From Sphingobacteriaceae bacterium (GTDB taxonomy: Bacteria; Bacteroidota; Bacteroidia; B-17B0; Aurantibacillaceae): a stretch of DNA of 59,238 nucleotides. The notes beneath the pieces were generated by a model that saw only the letters and a program-made list of their open reading frames with translations, searched no databases and had not been told where the DNA came from. The stretch is from NCBI GenBank assembly GCA_947457335.1, contig CANGWA010000001.1:1-59238 (forward strand). Reading direction: 5' to 3'. The position numbers were made by a program, and so were the translations under genes. Shown here piece by piece: positions 28,675 to 39,223 of this stretch (within the stretch, counting starts at the first letter, position 1; each line of letters begins with the position of its first letter).

Positions 28675-29736
28675 TTAAAAAGTGATATTGCCACGGAAAA
28701 TCTCTACCACCACCGTGATTGCCAAGTTCAGCAATGAAAGGGGTAACAAGGTTTTCCATCCTAAATTCATCAATTGATCATAACGGAAGCGCGGCAAGGT
28801 CCAACGCACCCACATGAACACGGAAATAAAAATCAACGTTTTTGTAAAGTACACCAAGAACCCAATCACCGATACAGCAATTGATCCTTCTGCCAATCCT
28901 AAAGCTTGGTATACTTCATGCGCAAATGGGAAATTGTATCCACCAAAATAAAACCCTGCCATAACGGCTGAAGACACAAACATGTTGATGTATTCCGCAA
29001 AAAGGAATAACCCCAATTTAAACGCTGAATATTCGGTGTGGTAACCACCAACCAACTCCGTTTCACACTCTGCCAAGTCAAACGGTGCACGGTTGGTTTC
29101 AGCCAGGGCACAGATAAAGAAAATGATGAAGCCGAAAAATTGAGGGACAATGTTGGCGATACCAGCATCTTGTGCTTTAACAATGTCTGCAAAACTCAAG
29201 GAACCGCCTGCAGAAATAATTAACGCAATCAAGGAGATGCCCATGGCTAATTCATAACTAATCATTTGCGCAGAGGCACGAATAGCCCCTAGCAACGAAT
29301 ACTTGTTGTTCGAAGCCCAACCACCAATCATGATGCCGTAAACACCCACCGAGGTCACACTCAACAAAAAGATAACACCTACATTCAAATCCGCCACCTG
29401 CATCGCATACGTCTCGCCATTGATGACCACACTTGGTGCCCAAGGAATCAGCACACCAGCCATGATGGCTGTAATGATGAACAAGCCCGGTGCGAGCACA
29501 AATAAGAAACGGTTAGAAACATTGGGAATGATTTCTTCCTTGAACAACATTTTTCCCCCATCGGCTAAAGGCTGCAACAAGCCCCATTTGCCGGCACGGC
29601 TAGGGCCCCAACGGTCTTGCAGCAAACCAGCGAACTTTCTTTCCCACCATGTGGAATACGCTGCAATACCCAACGACACCGCAAAAACGGCAAGGGCAAT
29701 GACGGATTTATAAATGATAAATACTTCCATGTGCAA
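28675..29736 (-). CDS. nuoH: NADH-quinone oxidoreductase subunit H
   Basis: ERK...QDRWGP...GLLQPLADG.K...KE, AETNRAPFDL.E.E.ELV.G, PRFRYDQ. Confidence 0.97.
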   Translation of the reverse strand: MHMEVFIIYKSVIALAVFAVSLGIAAYSTWWERKFAGLLQDRWGPSRAGKWGLLQPLADGGKMLFKEEIIPNVSNRFLFVLAPGLFIITAIMAGVLIPWAPSVVINGETYAMQVADLNVGVIFLLSVTSVGVYGIMIGGWASNNKYSLLGAIRASAQMISYELAMGISLIALIISAGGSLSFADIVKAQDAGIANIVPQFFGFIIFFICALAETNRAPFDLAECETELVGGYHTEYSAFKLGLFLFAEYINMFVSSAVMAGFYFGGYNFPFAHEVYQALGLAEGSIAVSVIGFLVYFTKTLIFISVFMWVRWTLPRFRYDQLMNLGWKTLLPLSLLNLAITVVVEIFRGNITF

Positions 29737-30741
29737 TTAAGGTTTTTTATTGATGTCCATGAACCCTAGTGCTTTTTGCTGTTTGAGCGCTTGCACTTTT
29801 AATTCGTTCAAATGCTGGTAGTGGTTCTGTGAAATCACCGAATGACGGTTCACAGGAGATGGTCCTTCAATCACCCAATCTGTTTTACGCTTGTGGTCGT
29901 AACGGCAGCTGTTGCAAATGAAACCCGATTTACCATCTGGTGTATCCATTACCTCATCCCATTCATCCTTACGCGCTGTTACGCGCGCCACGTCTTCTCC
30001 TTTTAACCAAAGTCGCACGCGTCCACTGCACTTGTCACAGTTGCGGTGCGCATCCATCGGTTTGGTGAACCATACCCGCTGTTTAAAACGGAAGGTTTTA
30101 TCAGTGAGGGCACCAACGGGACAAACGTCAATCACGTTGCCAGAAAAATCGTTATTGACCGCTTTCTCAATGTAGGTTGAAATTTCGGCAGCGTCCCCAC
30201 GGTGAATAACCCCATGCACGCGTTTGTCGGTAAACTGATCCACCGTTTTCACACACCGGTAACACAAAATGCAACGGTTCATGTGCAACTTGATTTTGTC
30301 ACCAATATCAATCATGTCGTATTCACGGCGCTTGAACTCATAGCGGGTTTTAGCAGAACCGTGTTCGTAGCCAAGATCCTGCAGCTTACATTCACCGGCT
30401 TGGTCACACACCGGACAATCCAATGGATGATTGATAAGCAAGAATTCAACTACACCCTTGCGCGCCTCGATCACTTCGGGTGAAGTGTAATTCTCCACCA
30501 CCATCCCATCCATCACCTCTGTACGGCAACTTGCCACTGGTTTTGGCATAGGGTTTGGGTTTTGAGCACTGCCCTTTGTGACTTTAACGATACAGGTGCG
30601 GCAATAGCCGCCACTTGTCTTTAGTTTGGAATAGTAGCACATGGCGGGAGGCGCCACTTGCGGTCCGATCATACGTGCGGCCTGCAGGATGGTCGTCCCC
30701 TTTGGCACATCAATCTCTATTCCGTCAATTGTTACTTTCAT
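29737..30741 (-). CDS. nuoG: NADH-quinone oxidoreductase subunit G (short, Fe-S domains only)
   Basis: 2Fe-2S motif CY...CRTC...SC, HPLDCPVCDQAGEC, CILCYRC and CPVGAL. Confidence 0.93.
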   Translation of the reverse strand: MKVTIDGIEIDVPKGTTILQAARMIGPQVAPPAMCYYSKLKTSGGYCRTCIVKVTKGSAQNPNPMPKPVASCRTEVMDGMVVENYTSPEVIEARKGVVEFLLINHPLDCPVCDQAGECKLQDLGYEHGSAKTRYEFKRREYDMIDIGDKIKLHMNRCILCYRCVKTVDQFTDKRVHGVIHRGDAAEISTYIEKAVNNDFSGNVIDVCPVGALTDKTFRFKQRVWFTKPMDAHRNCDKCSGRVRLWLKGEDVARVTARKDEWDEVMDTPDGKSGFICNSCRYDHKRKTDWVIEGPSPVNRHSVISQNHYQHLNELKVQALKQQKALGFMDINKKP

Positions 30742-30755
30742 CTGATCTTTTAATT

Positions 30756-31448
30756 TCAGTTACAGTATTGTGATAAATATTTGCTACTTAATTTGCGTAT
30801 AGTGCCATCCATCTCTGACTTGGCTTGCGCCATGCGCATGAGTTTGCAAAAATGTTTTTTGTCTTTGTAATACTCAACAACTGCATAATTATACATCAAT
30901 GCATAATCATCCGTTCCACCTTCGTATTTCTTGGCGCGTTTTTCAATCTCAGCAAATTTTTCATCCATCAAAAGCTGACAAAATTCTTTGTACTCGGCTG
31001 AACTGCTATTGATGTTGAGAATATAAAATGGCTCTTCAAGAGAAAAATTGATTGGTAGGTTGAAATAGGTTTTAACGGGACGGCCACTTTGTTTGCCAGC
31101 TTTCCACGGTTTGCCAAATGCCAAAACCACACGAACAGCTTCATCATCCATGCATTTCAAACCAGATGATTTCTGGACCTGCATGTCGGTTAATTTTCCA
31201 TTCTCGTCTACTACGAATTTTAAAAACACTTTCCCACCAATTCCTCGTTCTAACGCTTCGGCTGGGTAATGTATGTTCTTGCCAATGTATTCCATCAACG
31301 CACGAATCCCGCCTTCCGGCTCAGGCATTTCCTCAACAATCGTATATACTTCTGCCTTTTCTTGTGCATGCAATGAAGTACCTCCTGTATTAACTACAGT
31401 GAGTGCAACAAACAACCCAAAAACGACTATGTAGTGTTGAAGATTCAA
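30756..31448 (-). CDS. TonB C-terminal domain protein with C-terminal helical (TPR-like) extension
   Basis: VEEMPE..GG...YI...I.YP..A...GI.GKV...FVVD..G...D.EA.RV...W..GKQ.G.PV...F.LPI.F; N-terminal signal-like segment; TTG start. Confidence 0.85.
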   Translation of the reverse strand: MNLQHYIVVFGLFVALTVVNTGGTSLHAQEKAEVYTIVEEMPEPEGGIRALMEYIGKNIHYPAEALERGIGGKVFLKFVVDENGKLTDMQVQKSSGLKCMDDEAVRVVLAFGKPWKAGKQSGRPVKTYFNLPINFSLEEPFYILNINSSSAEYKEFCQLLMDEKFAEIEKRAKKYEGGTDDYALMYNYAVVEYYKDKKHFCKLMRMAQAKSEMDGTIRKLSSKYLSQYCN

Positions 31449-31449
31449 A

Positions 31450-32787
31450 TTAAGCGTTGGCTTTTCTTAAGCGTTCGTAATGACTAACGTCGTTAAACTT
31501 TTTCTTCTTGGCAATTTCCTCAAACTCGTGACGGAAGTGACGAATGGCAGCCGCTACTGGCCATGCAGCGGCTTCGCCGAGTGGACAAATGGTCTTGCCT
31601 TCAATCTTACTCTGAATATCCCACAACAAATCCACATCGCTTTCTACAGCAGTGCCGTCGAGGAATTTCTTAAGTATTTTTTCCATCCAGCCGGTTCCCT
31701 CACGGCACGGCGAACATTGTCCGCAACTTTCGTGATGATAAAATCGCGAGAACGTAAATAAATTCTTCACAATACTCGTGTCCTCATCCATCACAATGAA
31801 GCCACCAGACCCCAACATGGTGCCTGTTTGGAAGCCCCCATCCGACAAACTTTCATAGGTCATCAAACGTGGCTCACCTTTTGCCGTTTTCAAAATCAAA
31901 TCCGTTGGCAAAATGGGCACAGATGATCCACCAGCAACCACTGCTTTTAATTTCTTGCTGTTGCGAATGCCTCCACAATACTGTTCGCTATAAATGAATT
32001 CCTCTACCGTAATACCCAACTCAATTTCATACACACCTGGTTTATTGATGTGCCCTGATGCAGAAATCAATTTTGTACCGGTCGATTTTCCTACGCCAAT
32101 TTTAGCATATTCCTCACCGCCCATATTAACGATAGGAACTACCGCTGCAATGGTCTCCACATTGTTCACTACTGTTGGACAACCATACAACCCCGCTACT
32201 GCTGGGAAGGGAGGTTTAATACGGGGATTCCCCCGCTTACCTTCTAGTGACTCCAATAGGGCCGTCTCTTCTCCACAGATATAAGCACCCGCTCCAACTT
32301 GTACATAGCAATCGTGCGAAAATCCAGAACCCATGATGTTCTCTCCCAGCAAGCCCGCAGCATACGCTTCATCAATCGCTTGTTCAAGAATACGGGACAC
32401 ATAGAAATATTCTCCACGAATATAGATATAGGACTTACGAGCACCCAAAGCATACGACGCCGTAATCATACCTTCAATGAGGGCATGCGGAATGTGCTCC
32501 ATCAAGTAACGGTCCTTAAACGTGCCGGGTTCCGATTCATCGGCATTACACACCAAGTAACGTGGCACACCTTCTGGTTTGGCCAAGAAGCTCCATTTCA
32601 TTCCCGTTGGAAACCCAGCACCACCGCGTCCGCGGAGTCCAGATTTCTTCACCTCATCCGTTACCTGATCGGGGGTCATGGTTTTGAGGGCTTTCTCCAC
32701 AGAAGCGTACCCGCCATTGGCACGGTAAACGTCAAGCGTGTGAATGCCTGGAACATGGTCATTGTGTAAAAGCAATTTTCTTCCCAT
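31450..32787 (-). CDS. nuoF: NADH-quinone oxidoreductase subunit F
   Basis: GLRGRGGAGFP, NADESEPGTFKD, GAYICGEETAL, ESCGQCSPCREG. Confidence 0.97.
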   Translation of the reverse strand: MGRKLLLHNDHVPGIHTLDVYRANGGYASVEKALKTMTPDQVTDEVKKSGLRGRGGAGFPTGMKWSFLAKPEGVPRYLVCNADESEPGTFKDRYLMEHIPHALIEGMITASYALGARKSYIYIRGEYFYVSRILEQAIDEAYAAGLLGENIMGSGFSHDCYVQVGAGAYICGEETALLESLEGKRGNPRIKPPFPAVAGLYGCPTVVNNVETIAAVVPIVNMGGEEYAKIGVGKSTGTKLISASGHINKPGVYEIELGITVEEFIYSEQYCGGIRNSKKLKAVVAGGSSVPILPTDLILKTAKGEPRLMTYESLSDGGFQTGTMLGSGGFIVMDEDTSIVKNLFTFSRFYHHESCGQCSPCREGTGWMEKILKKFLDGTAVESDVDLLWDIQSKIEGKTICPLGEAAAWPVAAAIRHFRHEFEEIAKKKKFNDVSHYERLRKANA

Positions 32788-32801
32788 GGAATTCAGAACT
32801 T

Positions 32802-33383
32802 TTATAATGTGTTTTTATAATCTTTATCCGTATAACTGCGCAAACGTCCGTCAGCTTTGTAATCGGCGAGGATCTTGTCTACTTTTTCATAGGTCAAGTT
32901 TTCATGAAAACTTGCGCCGCATTGCATCATTGGGGCTGTGCCGCACGAGCCCAAACACTCGGCCACCTTCAGCGTAAACATGCCGTCGGAACTGGTCTCA
33001 CCTACTTTGATATGGAGTTTCTTTTCAATGTACTTGACAATATCCTCGGCGCCATTCAACCAACAGCTGCTCGTTTGACAAACCTCAATAACCACCTTGC
33101 CAACCGGTTTAAGGTTGAACATGGTGTAGAAGGAAGCGACTTCAAACACTTCAATTGGTTCAATTTTAAGCACTGAGGCCACATAGTCCATTACTTCGGG
33201 ACTTAACCAGCCGCCAAATTCCGCCTGCGCCACGTGCAGCACGGGAATTAATGCTGATTTAGTTCTACCCTCGGGATAACGGCTCATTATCTTTTTCACC
33301 GTATTCATGGCGTCTTCACTAAAGACTATCTTGCCGCGTTTTGCAGCATCGAAACTTTGTGCGCCGTGTACTTGAGCTCCCAT
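32802..33383 (-). CDS. nuoE: NADH-quinone oxidoreductase subunit E
   Basis: VASFYTMF, CQTSSC and ECLGSCGTAP 2Fe-2S ligands. Confidence 0.95.
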   Translation of the reverse strand: MGAQVHGAQSFDAAKRGKIVFSEDAMNTVKKIMSRYPEGRTKSALIPVLHVAQAEFGGWLSPEVMDYVASVLKIEPIEVFEVASFYTMFNLKPVGKVVIEVCQTSSCWLNGAEDIVKYIEKKLHIKVGETSSDGMFTLKVAECLGSCGTAPMMQCGASFHENLTYEKVDKILADYKADGRLRSYTDKDYKNTL

Positions 33384-33413
33384 GTTATTTTTAATTTCGT
33401 TGTTCTATAATAA

Positions 33414-34607
33414 TTATGCGTCGAGTTCGCCCGCAATCACGTTCATACTGCTCATGGTGATGATGGCATCCGACAACATCGCTCCCTTAATCATTTCAGG
33501 ATACGCCTGATAATAGATAAAGCAAGGGCGACGGAAATGCAGACGGAACGGTGTACGTCCCCCATCACTGATCAAGTAAAAGCCCAATTCACCATTTCCT
33601 CCTTCAACACAATGGTATACTTCTCCGGCTGGAATGTCGGTCTCTCCCATCACAATCTTAAAGTGATAAATAAGCGCTTCCATGTTGTTGTATACCTGAT
33701 CCTTCGGCGGCAAGAAAAAGTCCGGCACATCAGCATGCATGGCGCCCGACGGCATGTTCTTGATCGCTTGTTGAATGATTTTGAAGGACTGACGCATCTC
33801 TTCTTGGCGCACCATAAAGCGGTCATACGTATCGCCAGCAGTCCCTACTGGAATGATAAAATCAAAATCCTCGTAAGACGAATACGGCGACGCCACACGC
33901 ACATCATAATCTACACCTGCCGCACGTAAATTCGGACCGGTAAACGAATACGCTAACGCACGCTCTGCACTAATCGGGCCGCAGTTAATCGTGCGGTCCA
34001 TAAAAATCTTATTACGCTCCAACATTCTGCTGAACTCATCGAGTGCAGCAGGAAAGCGGTTCATGAAATCGTTGATTTTATCCCACGTTTGTTTGCTCCA
34101 CTCTCTATCAAATCCACCGATTCGGCTGATATTGGTGGTGAGACGGGCACCACAAATGGCTTCAAAAATTTCATAAATGTATTCGCGCCATTGAAACAAA
34201 TACAAAAAGCCGGTGGTGGCGCCTGTATCTTGTCCGATAATGGTATTACAAATAATGTGATCCGCTATACGCGACAGTTCCATGATAATAACGCGGTGGT
34301 AATCTGCGCGCTTGGGCATTTCCACGCCGAGTAATTTCTCTACGGTGGTGTGCCAGCCCATGTTGTTGATGGGAGAGGAGCAGTAGTTCAACCGATCGGT
34401 AATTGGTGTGATCTGCGCATAGGGACGGCGTTCTGCCAATTTTTCAAAAGCCCTATGGATGTACCCGATGGTGGGTTGCGCATCGTGAATAATCTCACCA
34501 TCCATTTTCAACACGTTTTGGAAAATACCGTGTGTGGCGGGGTGAGTGGGACCGAGGTTCAGAGTTGAATACTCTTTCTCTTCAGCAGCTGTAGTTTTCT
34601 TGCTCAT
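33414..34607 (-). CDS. nuoD: NADH-quinone oxidoreductase subunit D
   Basis: LNLGPTHPATHG, GYIHRAFEK, DRLNY; C-terminal GELDA. Confidence 0.97.
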   Translation of the reverse strand: MSKKTTAAEEKEYSTLNLGPTHPATHGIFQNVLKMDGEIIHDAQPTIGYIHRAFEKLAERRPYAQITPITDRLNYCSSPINNMGWHTTVEKLLGVEMPKRADYHRVIIMELSRIADHIICNTIIGQDTGATTGFLYLFQWREYIYEIFEAICGARLTTNISRIGGFDREWSKQTWDKINDFMNRFPAALDEFSRMLERNKIFMDRTINCGPISAERALAYSFTGPNLRAAGVDYDVRVASPYSSYEDFDFIIPVGTAGDTYDRFMVRQEEMRQSFKIIQQAIKNMPSGAMHADVPDFFLPPKDQVYNNMEALIYHFKIVMGETDIPAGEVYHCVEGGNGELGFYLISDGGRTPFRLHFRRPCFIYYQAYPEMIKGAMLSDAIITMSSMNVIAGELDA

Positions 34608-34616
34608 GGTTGTTCC

Positions 34617-35117
34617 CTATCGTCCGAATTTATAATCATCTTTATCATCGCGCGTTTGGTCCTCTAGCGGGTACTCCTTACGCAACGGATAAATGTCCAT
34701 TTCATCTACATTTAAAATGCGGCGCAAATCCGGATGCCCTTTAAAGCGCACGCCAAAAAAATCATACGTCTCGCGCTCCATCCAATTGGCCCCATCCCAC
34801 AAATCGGTGGCAGTGGGCACTTCTGGTTTATTGATATCAAAGAAAGTTTTTATGCGCACACGCATGTTGCGCTGCATGTTGTGCAAATGATAAATCACCC
34901 CAAGGTGTTTTTCATCGGTGGTTTGCATACCAGTCAAGTCCGTCAGAAAATGAAAATTAAGATCAGCATCTTCCTTCAAAAACTTCAAAACGGCATGCAC
35001 ACGGTCGTGCTGCACAGTAAAAGAAGGGAAGTTAAAATTCAGTTCTGCGCTTATTATAGCACCATGAACATGTTCGTTCAATTTCTGGTGCACCAGGTCT
35101 AATGTTTCCTTGCTCAT
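34617..35117 (-). CDS. nuoC: NADH-quinone oxidoreductase subunit C
   Basis: ANWMERETYDFFG..F.GHPDLRRIL...PLRKEYPL. Confidence 0.95.
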   Translation of the reverse strand: MSKETLDLVHQKLNEHVHGAIISAELNFNFPSFTVQHDRVHAVLKFLKEDADLNFHFLTDLTGMQTTDEKHLGVIYHLHNMQRNMRVRIKTFFDINKPEVPTATDLWDGANWMERETYDFFGVRFKGHPDLRRILNVDEMDIYPLRKEYPLEDQTRDDKDDYKFGR

Positions 35118-35121
35118 GGTC

Positions 35122-35691
35122 TTATTCTATGCCGTAGCTTTGGAGCAGGCGTTTATATTCAGGAGAATTTCTTCGGCGGCCACTTTCGTTTTTCGCGAGT
35201 TCCTGAATTTTCAGGATGCCATCAATAATTTGTTCGGGACGTGGTGGACAGCCTGGCACATAAACGTCGACAGGAATGATGCGGTCTATCCCTTGCAAAA
35301 CAGAGTAAGTGTCGAAAATACCGCCACTGCTGGCGCAAGCACCAACACAAAGCACCCACCTTGGTTCAGCCATTTGTTCATAAACCTGACGCAACGTTGG
35401 TCCCATTTTTTTAGCAATGGTACCCATCACCATCAACAAATCCGCCTGACGGGGCGAGAAACTTAAACGCTCCATCCCAAACCGAGCGAGATCATAATGC
35501 GAGGCCATGGTGGCCATGAATTCGATGCCACAACAAGAGGTGGCAAATGGCAATGGCCATAAAGAATTAGCGCGCGCTACCCCTATGACTTCATCTACCT
35601 TGGTTGCAAAAAAACCGGTACCTTCGATGCCCTCAGGTGTTTTTGCAATTTCAATTTTGGTCCTTTTAATTAATTCGTCTTTTCCGGCCAT
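35122..35691 (-). CDS. nuoB: NADH-quinone oxidoreductase subunit B
   Basis: [29 protein letters not shown]; start taken at ATG 35691. Confidence 0.96.
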   Translation of the reverse strand: MAGKDELIKRTKIEIAKTPEGIEGTGFFATKVDEVIGVARANSLWPLPFATSCCGIEFMATMASHYDLARFGMERLSFSPRQADLLMVMGTIAKKMGPTLRQVYEQMAEPRWVLCVGACASSGGIFDTYSVLQGIDRIIPVDVYVPGCPPRPEQIIDGILKIQELAKNESGRRRNSPEYKRLLQSYGIE

Positions 35692-35713
35692 GGTTACAGT
35701 TTTACTTGGAAAA

Positions 35714-36085
35714 TTAATCTTCCCATTTAAGGGCATTCTTTGCGAGCATGTAGTAGAAGCCTACTAACAACAAAGCAATAAACGAAAATACTTCAATCAC
35801 GCCTTTACCTCCCAATTCGCGGAAATTAGCCGCCCATGGGTACATAAAGACTACTTCTATGTCAAACAAGACGAACAGAATCGCCACGAGGAAGTACTTG
35901 ATGGAGAAAGGAACGCGGGCATTGCCCTGTGTTTCAATTCCACATTCGAAGGATTCGAGTTTGACTTTTGTTTTGCGCAGGGGACCCAATTTGTGGGTTG
36001 CGAATAGCGAAACGACTGCAAAACCTACCGCAATGGTAAACATGATAAAAATCGGCAGGTAATCGACCGGAGAGCCTGTGTTCAT
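35714..36085 (-). CDS. nuoA: NADH-quinone oxidoreductase subunit A
   Basis: [18 protein letters not shown], three TM helices. Confidence 0.96.
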   Translation of the reverse strand: MNTGSPVDYLPIFIMFTIAVGFAVVSLFATHKLGPLRKTKVKLESFECGIETQGNARVPFSIKYFLVAILFVLFDIEVVFMYPWAANFRELGGKGVIEVFSFIALLLVGFYYMLAKNALKWED

Positions 36086-36437
36086 GGCGATTAAATTTTA
36101 AGAGTGTAAGGTTAGCGAATTTATCTAAACCAATCAAATTCGCCGGCCAAAAATAGGGGATTTTCTACAAGTGCCGACTGTAATATTTTTCGGCCGTTTG
36201 AAGGGTTTTGGGTTAAAAAAAGACGCTACCGGCTTTTTTGGGTGACTGTATTTTCCTAAATGCCCGCCAAATGCCCTTTTGCAAGGCTCCTAAAAAACAG
36301 TTCAGCGGAAAAATTGGATAAACTAATTTGCCTGCGCCTGTTAATTACCCCCTCTTTTGTCCCCTTAGCCACTCCTACCCCCGTGTTTTTGCTTACCAAC
36401 CCAAAATTGTCTAACTTTACCTCTTTAAACTTAAAAA

Positions 36438-36629
36438 ATGACGCAGGCAATTTTCCTTGGACTGCTCGGTGGCCTTGGTGCTACAGAGGTAATTGTGATC
36501 CTAATAATTATTCTTTTGATGTTTGGTGGTAAGAAAATCCCTGAACTTATGAAGGGACTGGGTCGTGGAGTGAAAGAATTCAAAGACGCCAGCAAGGGCG
36601 AATCGGCAGGCGAGCCTGACCATAAATAA
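36438..36629 (+). CDS. tatA: Twin-arginine translocase TatA/TatE
   Basis: [28 protein letters not shown]. Confidence 0.93.
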   Translation: MTQAIFLGLLGGLGATEVIVILIIILLMFGGKKIPELMKGLGRGVKEFKDASKGESAGEPDHK

Positions 36630-36647
36630 TTTTATGAAGTAATATTT

Positions 36648-36681
36648 AAGCGTTGTTCCGACAGCCGGGATAACGCTTTTT
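36648..36681 (+). terminator. Hairpin/terminator between tatA and gatA
   Basis: AAGCGTTGTTCCG-ACAGC-CGGGATAACGCTT followed by a T run. Confidence 0.6.
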
Positions 36682-36695
36682 CTTTTTAGCAACCG

Positions 36696-38120
36696 ATGTA
36701 CACGTTTACCTCCATCACCAACTTGCAAAACGATCTCAAAAAAGGGATTGTTACCTGCACAGCTTTGGTAGAGCAACACCTGGCGGCTATTCATGCAGCC
36801 GGGGACCTGAACATTTTTCTTGAAGTATTTGATGCCACTGCTCTGCAACAGGCTGCAGCGGTAGATGCCCGCCTCAAGGCAGGTAACGCTGGGCGCTTGG
36901 CTGGGGTCATCGTTGGTCTCAAGGACAATATCTGTTACAAAGACCACAAAGCATCCGCCTCTTCAAAAATACTCGAAGGCTTTGTCTCCCTCTATAGCGC
37001 TACCTGCGTGCAACGCATGGTAGAGCAAGATGCCATCATCATTGGTCGTCTCAACTGTGACGAGTTTGCCATGGGCAGCTCCAACGAAAACTCCGCCTTC
37101 GGTCCCGTTAAAAATCCTCTTGATCCTAAGCGTGTGCCGGGTGGTTCTTCTGGTGGCGCTGCTGCTGCAGTAGCAGGCAATTTTTGCCAGGTCACCTTGG
37201 GTTCTGACACGGGTGGATCGATTCGTCAGCCTGCTTCCTTTACTGGAACGGTTGGCATTAAACCCACTTATGGCAGGGTGTCGCGCTACGGCTTAATTGC
37301 TTATGCCTCCTCCTTTGATCAAATCGGTCCCATTACCAAAACAGTAGAAGACGGTGCCTTGGTGATGGAGATTATTTCGGGACTGGACGCCCATGACACT
37401 ACTTCTTCTTCTAAACCAGTCGAAGCGTACCATACACAGCTGCATAGCGGCAAAAAATACCGGATCGCTTATCTGAAGGAATGTGTTTTTGCGGAGGGAC
37501 TTGATCCAGAAGTAAAAGCCAATGTATTGGCACAAATCAATGCCCTTAAAGCTGCTGGCCATACTGTTGAAGAAGCCAGCTTCCCATTTCTCGATTACAT
37601 GGTGCCTGTTTATTATGTGATCACCACTGCTGAAGCATCCTCGAATCTCGCCCGCTTTGCGGGGGTACATTACGGCTACCGCAGTCCACATGCCACCGAC
37701 CTTGAGAGTACCTATAAAAAATCACGGTCAGAAGGATTCGGTAAAGAAGTGAAACGCCGCATCATGCTCGGCACCTTTGTTTTGAGTGCTGGCTACTACG
37801 ATGCCTATTATAGTAAGGGCCAAAAAGTGCGCCGCATCATTCGCGACCGCACACTCGACCTCCTAAAAAGCTATGATTTTCTGCTGACCCCATCCACGCC
37901 GGGTACGGCATTTGAATTCGGTAAAAACAGTGCCGACCCGATCAAGATGTATCTTGAGGATATTTTTACAGTGCAAGCCAATATTGCTGGCGTGCCGGCC
38001 ATTTCCGTGCCAAGTGGTCTACACAGCAATGGCATGCCAATGGGAGTGCAGTTAATGGCTAACAATTTTGCTGAGGGCGACATGATGGATATCGCCTCAG
38101 AAATCAAACCCTTGTCCTGA
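36696..38120 (+). CDS. gatA: Asp/Glu-tRNA amidotransferase subunit A
   Basis: Amidase signature KDN...DEFAMGSS...GGSSGG...GSDTGGSIRQPA; EVKRRIMLG. Confidence 0.96.
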   Translation: MYTFTSITNLQNDLKKGIVTCTALVEQHLAAIHAAGDLNIFLEVFDATALQQAAAVDARLKAGNAGRLAGVIVGLKDNICYKDHKASASSKILEGFVSLYSATCVQRMVEQDAIIIGRLNCDEFAMGSSNENSAFGPVKNPLDPKRVPGGSSGGAAAAVAGNFCQVTLGSDTGGSIRQPASFTGTVGIKPTYGRVSRYGLIAYASSFDQIGPITKTVEDGALVMEIISGLDAHDTTSSSKPVEAYHTQLHSGKKYRIAYLKECVFAEGLDPEVKANVLAQINALKAAGHTVEEASFPFLDYMVPVYYVITTAEASSNLARFAGVHYGYRSPHATDLESTYKKSRSEGFGKEVKRRIMLGTFVLSAGYYDAYYSKGQKVRRIIRDRTLDLLKSYDFLLTPSTPGTAFEFGKNSADPIKMYLEDIFTVQANIAGVPAISVPSGLHSNGMPMGVQLMANNFAEGDMMDIASEIKPLS

Positions 38121-38165
38121 ATTGACTGGGAAAAATCAATTAATTTTACGTCAAATTATAAAACA

Positions 38166-39104
38166 ATGAAAGTATCAGTTATCGGAGCAGGAAACGTAGG
38201 TGCTACCTGCGCAGAGTACATCGCTCTCAACCGCATCGCCAGTGAAGTGGTGATTCTTGACATTAAAGAAAATTTCGCAGAAGGAAAAGCCCTTGACCTA
38301 ATGCAAACCGCTACCCTAAACGGCTTTAACACTCGCATCAGCGGCAGTACAAACGACTATAGCAAAACAGCAGGCAGTCACGTTGTTGTTATCACCAGCG
38401 GCATTCCTAGAAAACCAGGCATGACCCGTGAAGAACTCATTGGCATCAATGCTGGCATTGTTAAGACGGTAACTGAAAATGTATTAAAACATTCTCCTGA
38501 AGCAGTCATCATTGTGGTAAGCAACCCAATGGATACAATGACTTACTTGGCATTGAAAGAAAGCAAATTACCTAAGAACCGCATCATTGGTATGGGCGGT
38601 ATTTTGGACAGTGCTCGTTTCAAAAACTACCTCTCAGGAGCACTGAATGCGCCAGCTAGTGACATTAATGGTGTGGTTATCGGTGGACATGGTGATACAA
38701 CCATGATTCCTTTAACCCGTTTGGCAACATGGACGGGTGTGCCTGTGTCACAATTCCTCGATGCAGAAGCGTTGAAGAAGGTTGCGGCTGACACCATGGT
38801 GGGTGGCGCTACTTTGACAGGTATGTTAGGTACCAGTGCTTGGTATGCGCCAGGTGCTGCTGTAGCAGCGCTTGTTGCTAGTGTATTGCACGATCAGAAA
38901 AAATTATTCCCTTGTTGCGTTTACCTCGACGGCGAATACGGACAAAAAGATATCTGTCTTGGTGTTCCTGTTATCGTTGGGAAAAACGGTTGGGAAAAAA
39001 TCGTTGATTACAAATTGAATGCAGAAGAACAAGCAGCATTCAACAAGAGTGCTGACGCTGTTCGCAACATGAACAACGTGTTGACTGAAATGAAGAGCAA
39101 CTAA
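38166..39104 (+). CDS. mdh: Malate dehydrogenase (LDH-like)
   Basis: GAGNVG, GIPRKPGMTR (Arg determinant for malate), LDSAR, GGHGD. Confidence 0.96.
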   Translation: MKVSVIGAGNVGATCAEYIALNRIASEVVILDIKENFAEGKALDLMQTATLNGFNTRISGSTNDYSKTAGSHVVVITSGIPRKPGMTREELIGINAGIVKTVTENVLKHSPEAVIIVVSNPMDTMTYLALKESKLPKNRIIGMGGILDSARFKNYLSGALNAPASDINGVVIGGHGDTTMIPLTRLATWTGVPVSQFLDAEALKKVAADTMVGGATLTGMLGTSAWYAPGAAVAALVASVLHDQKKLFPCCVYLDGEYGQKDICLGVPVIVGKNGWEKIVDYKLNAEEQAAFNKSADAVRNMNNVLTEMKSN

Positions 39105-39122
39105 TTTCTCGAGCCATTTTAT

Positions 39123-39154
39123 AAAAAAAGCCCCGTCACATGACGGGGCTTTTT
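39123..39154. terminator. Bidirectional intrinsic terminator
   Basis: A run, AGCCCCGTCA-CA-TGACGGGGCT, T run, between convergent genes. Confidence 0.85.
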
Positions 39155-39223
39155 CATAGGGTGCCAGTTGTTTTTTAAAAGTTGACCGCACCAGCAACTT
39201 GGCCAACCATGCGTTTTCTGTGA

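Noticed and set aside
29737-30741. NuoG as a truncated pseudogene
   Set aside because: All N-terminal Fe-S motifs are intact, it abuts nuoH cleanly, and short NuoG is usual in aerobic Bacteroidota.
12375-34568. Long antisense ORFs inside hemB, lysS and nuo genes (e.g. 12375..12845, 18203..18508, 32299..32769, 33537..33929)
   Set aside because: Shadow frames of well-supported housekeeping genes.
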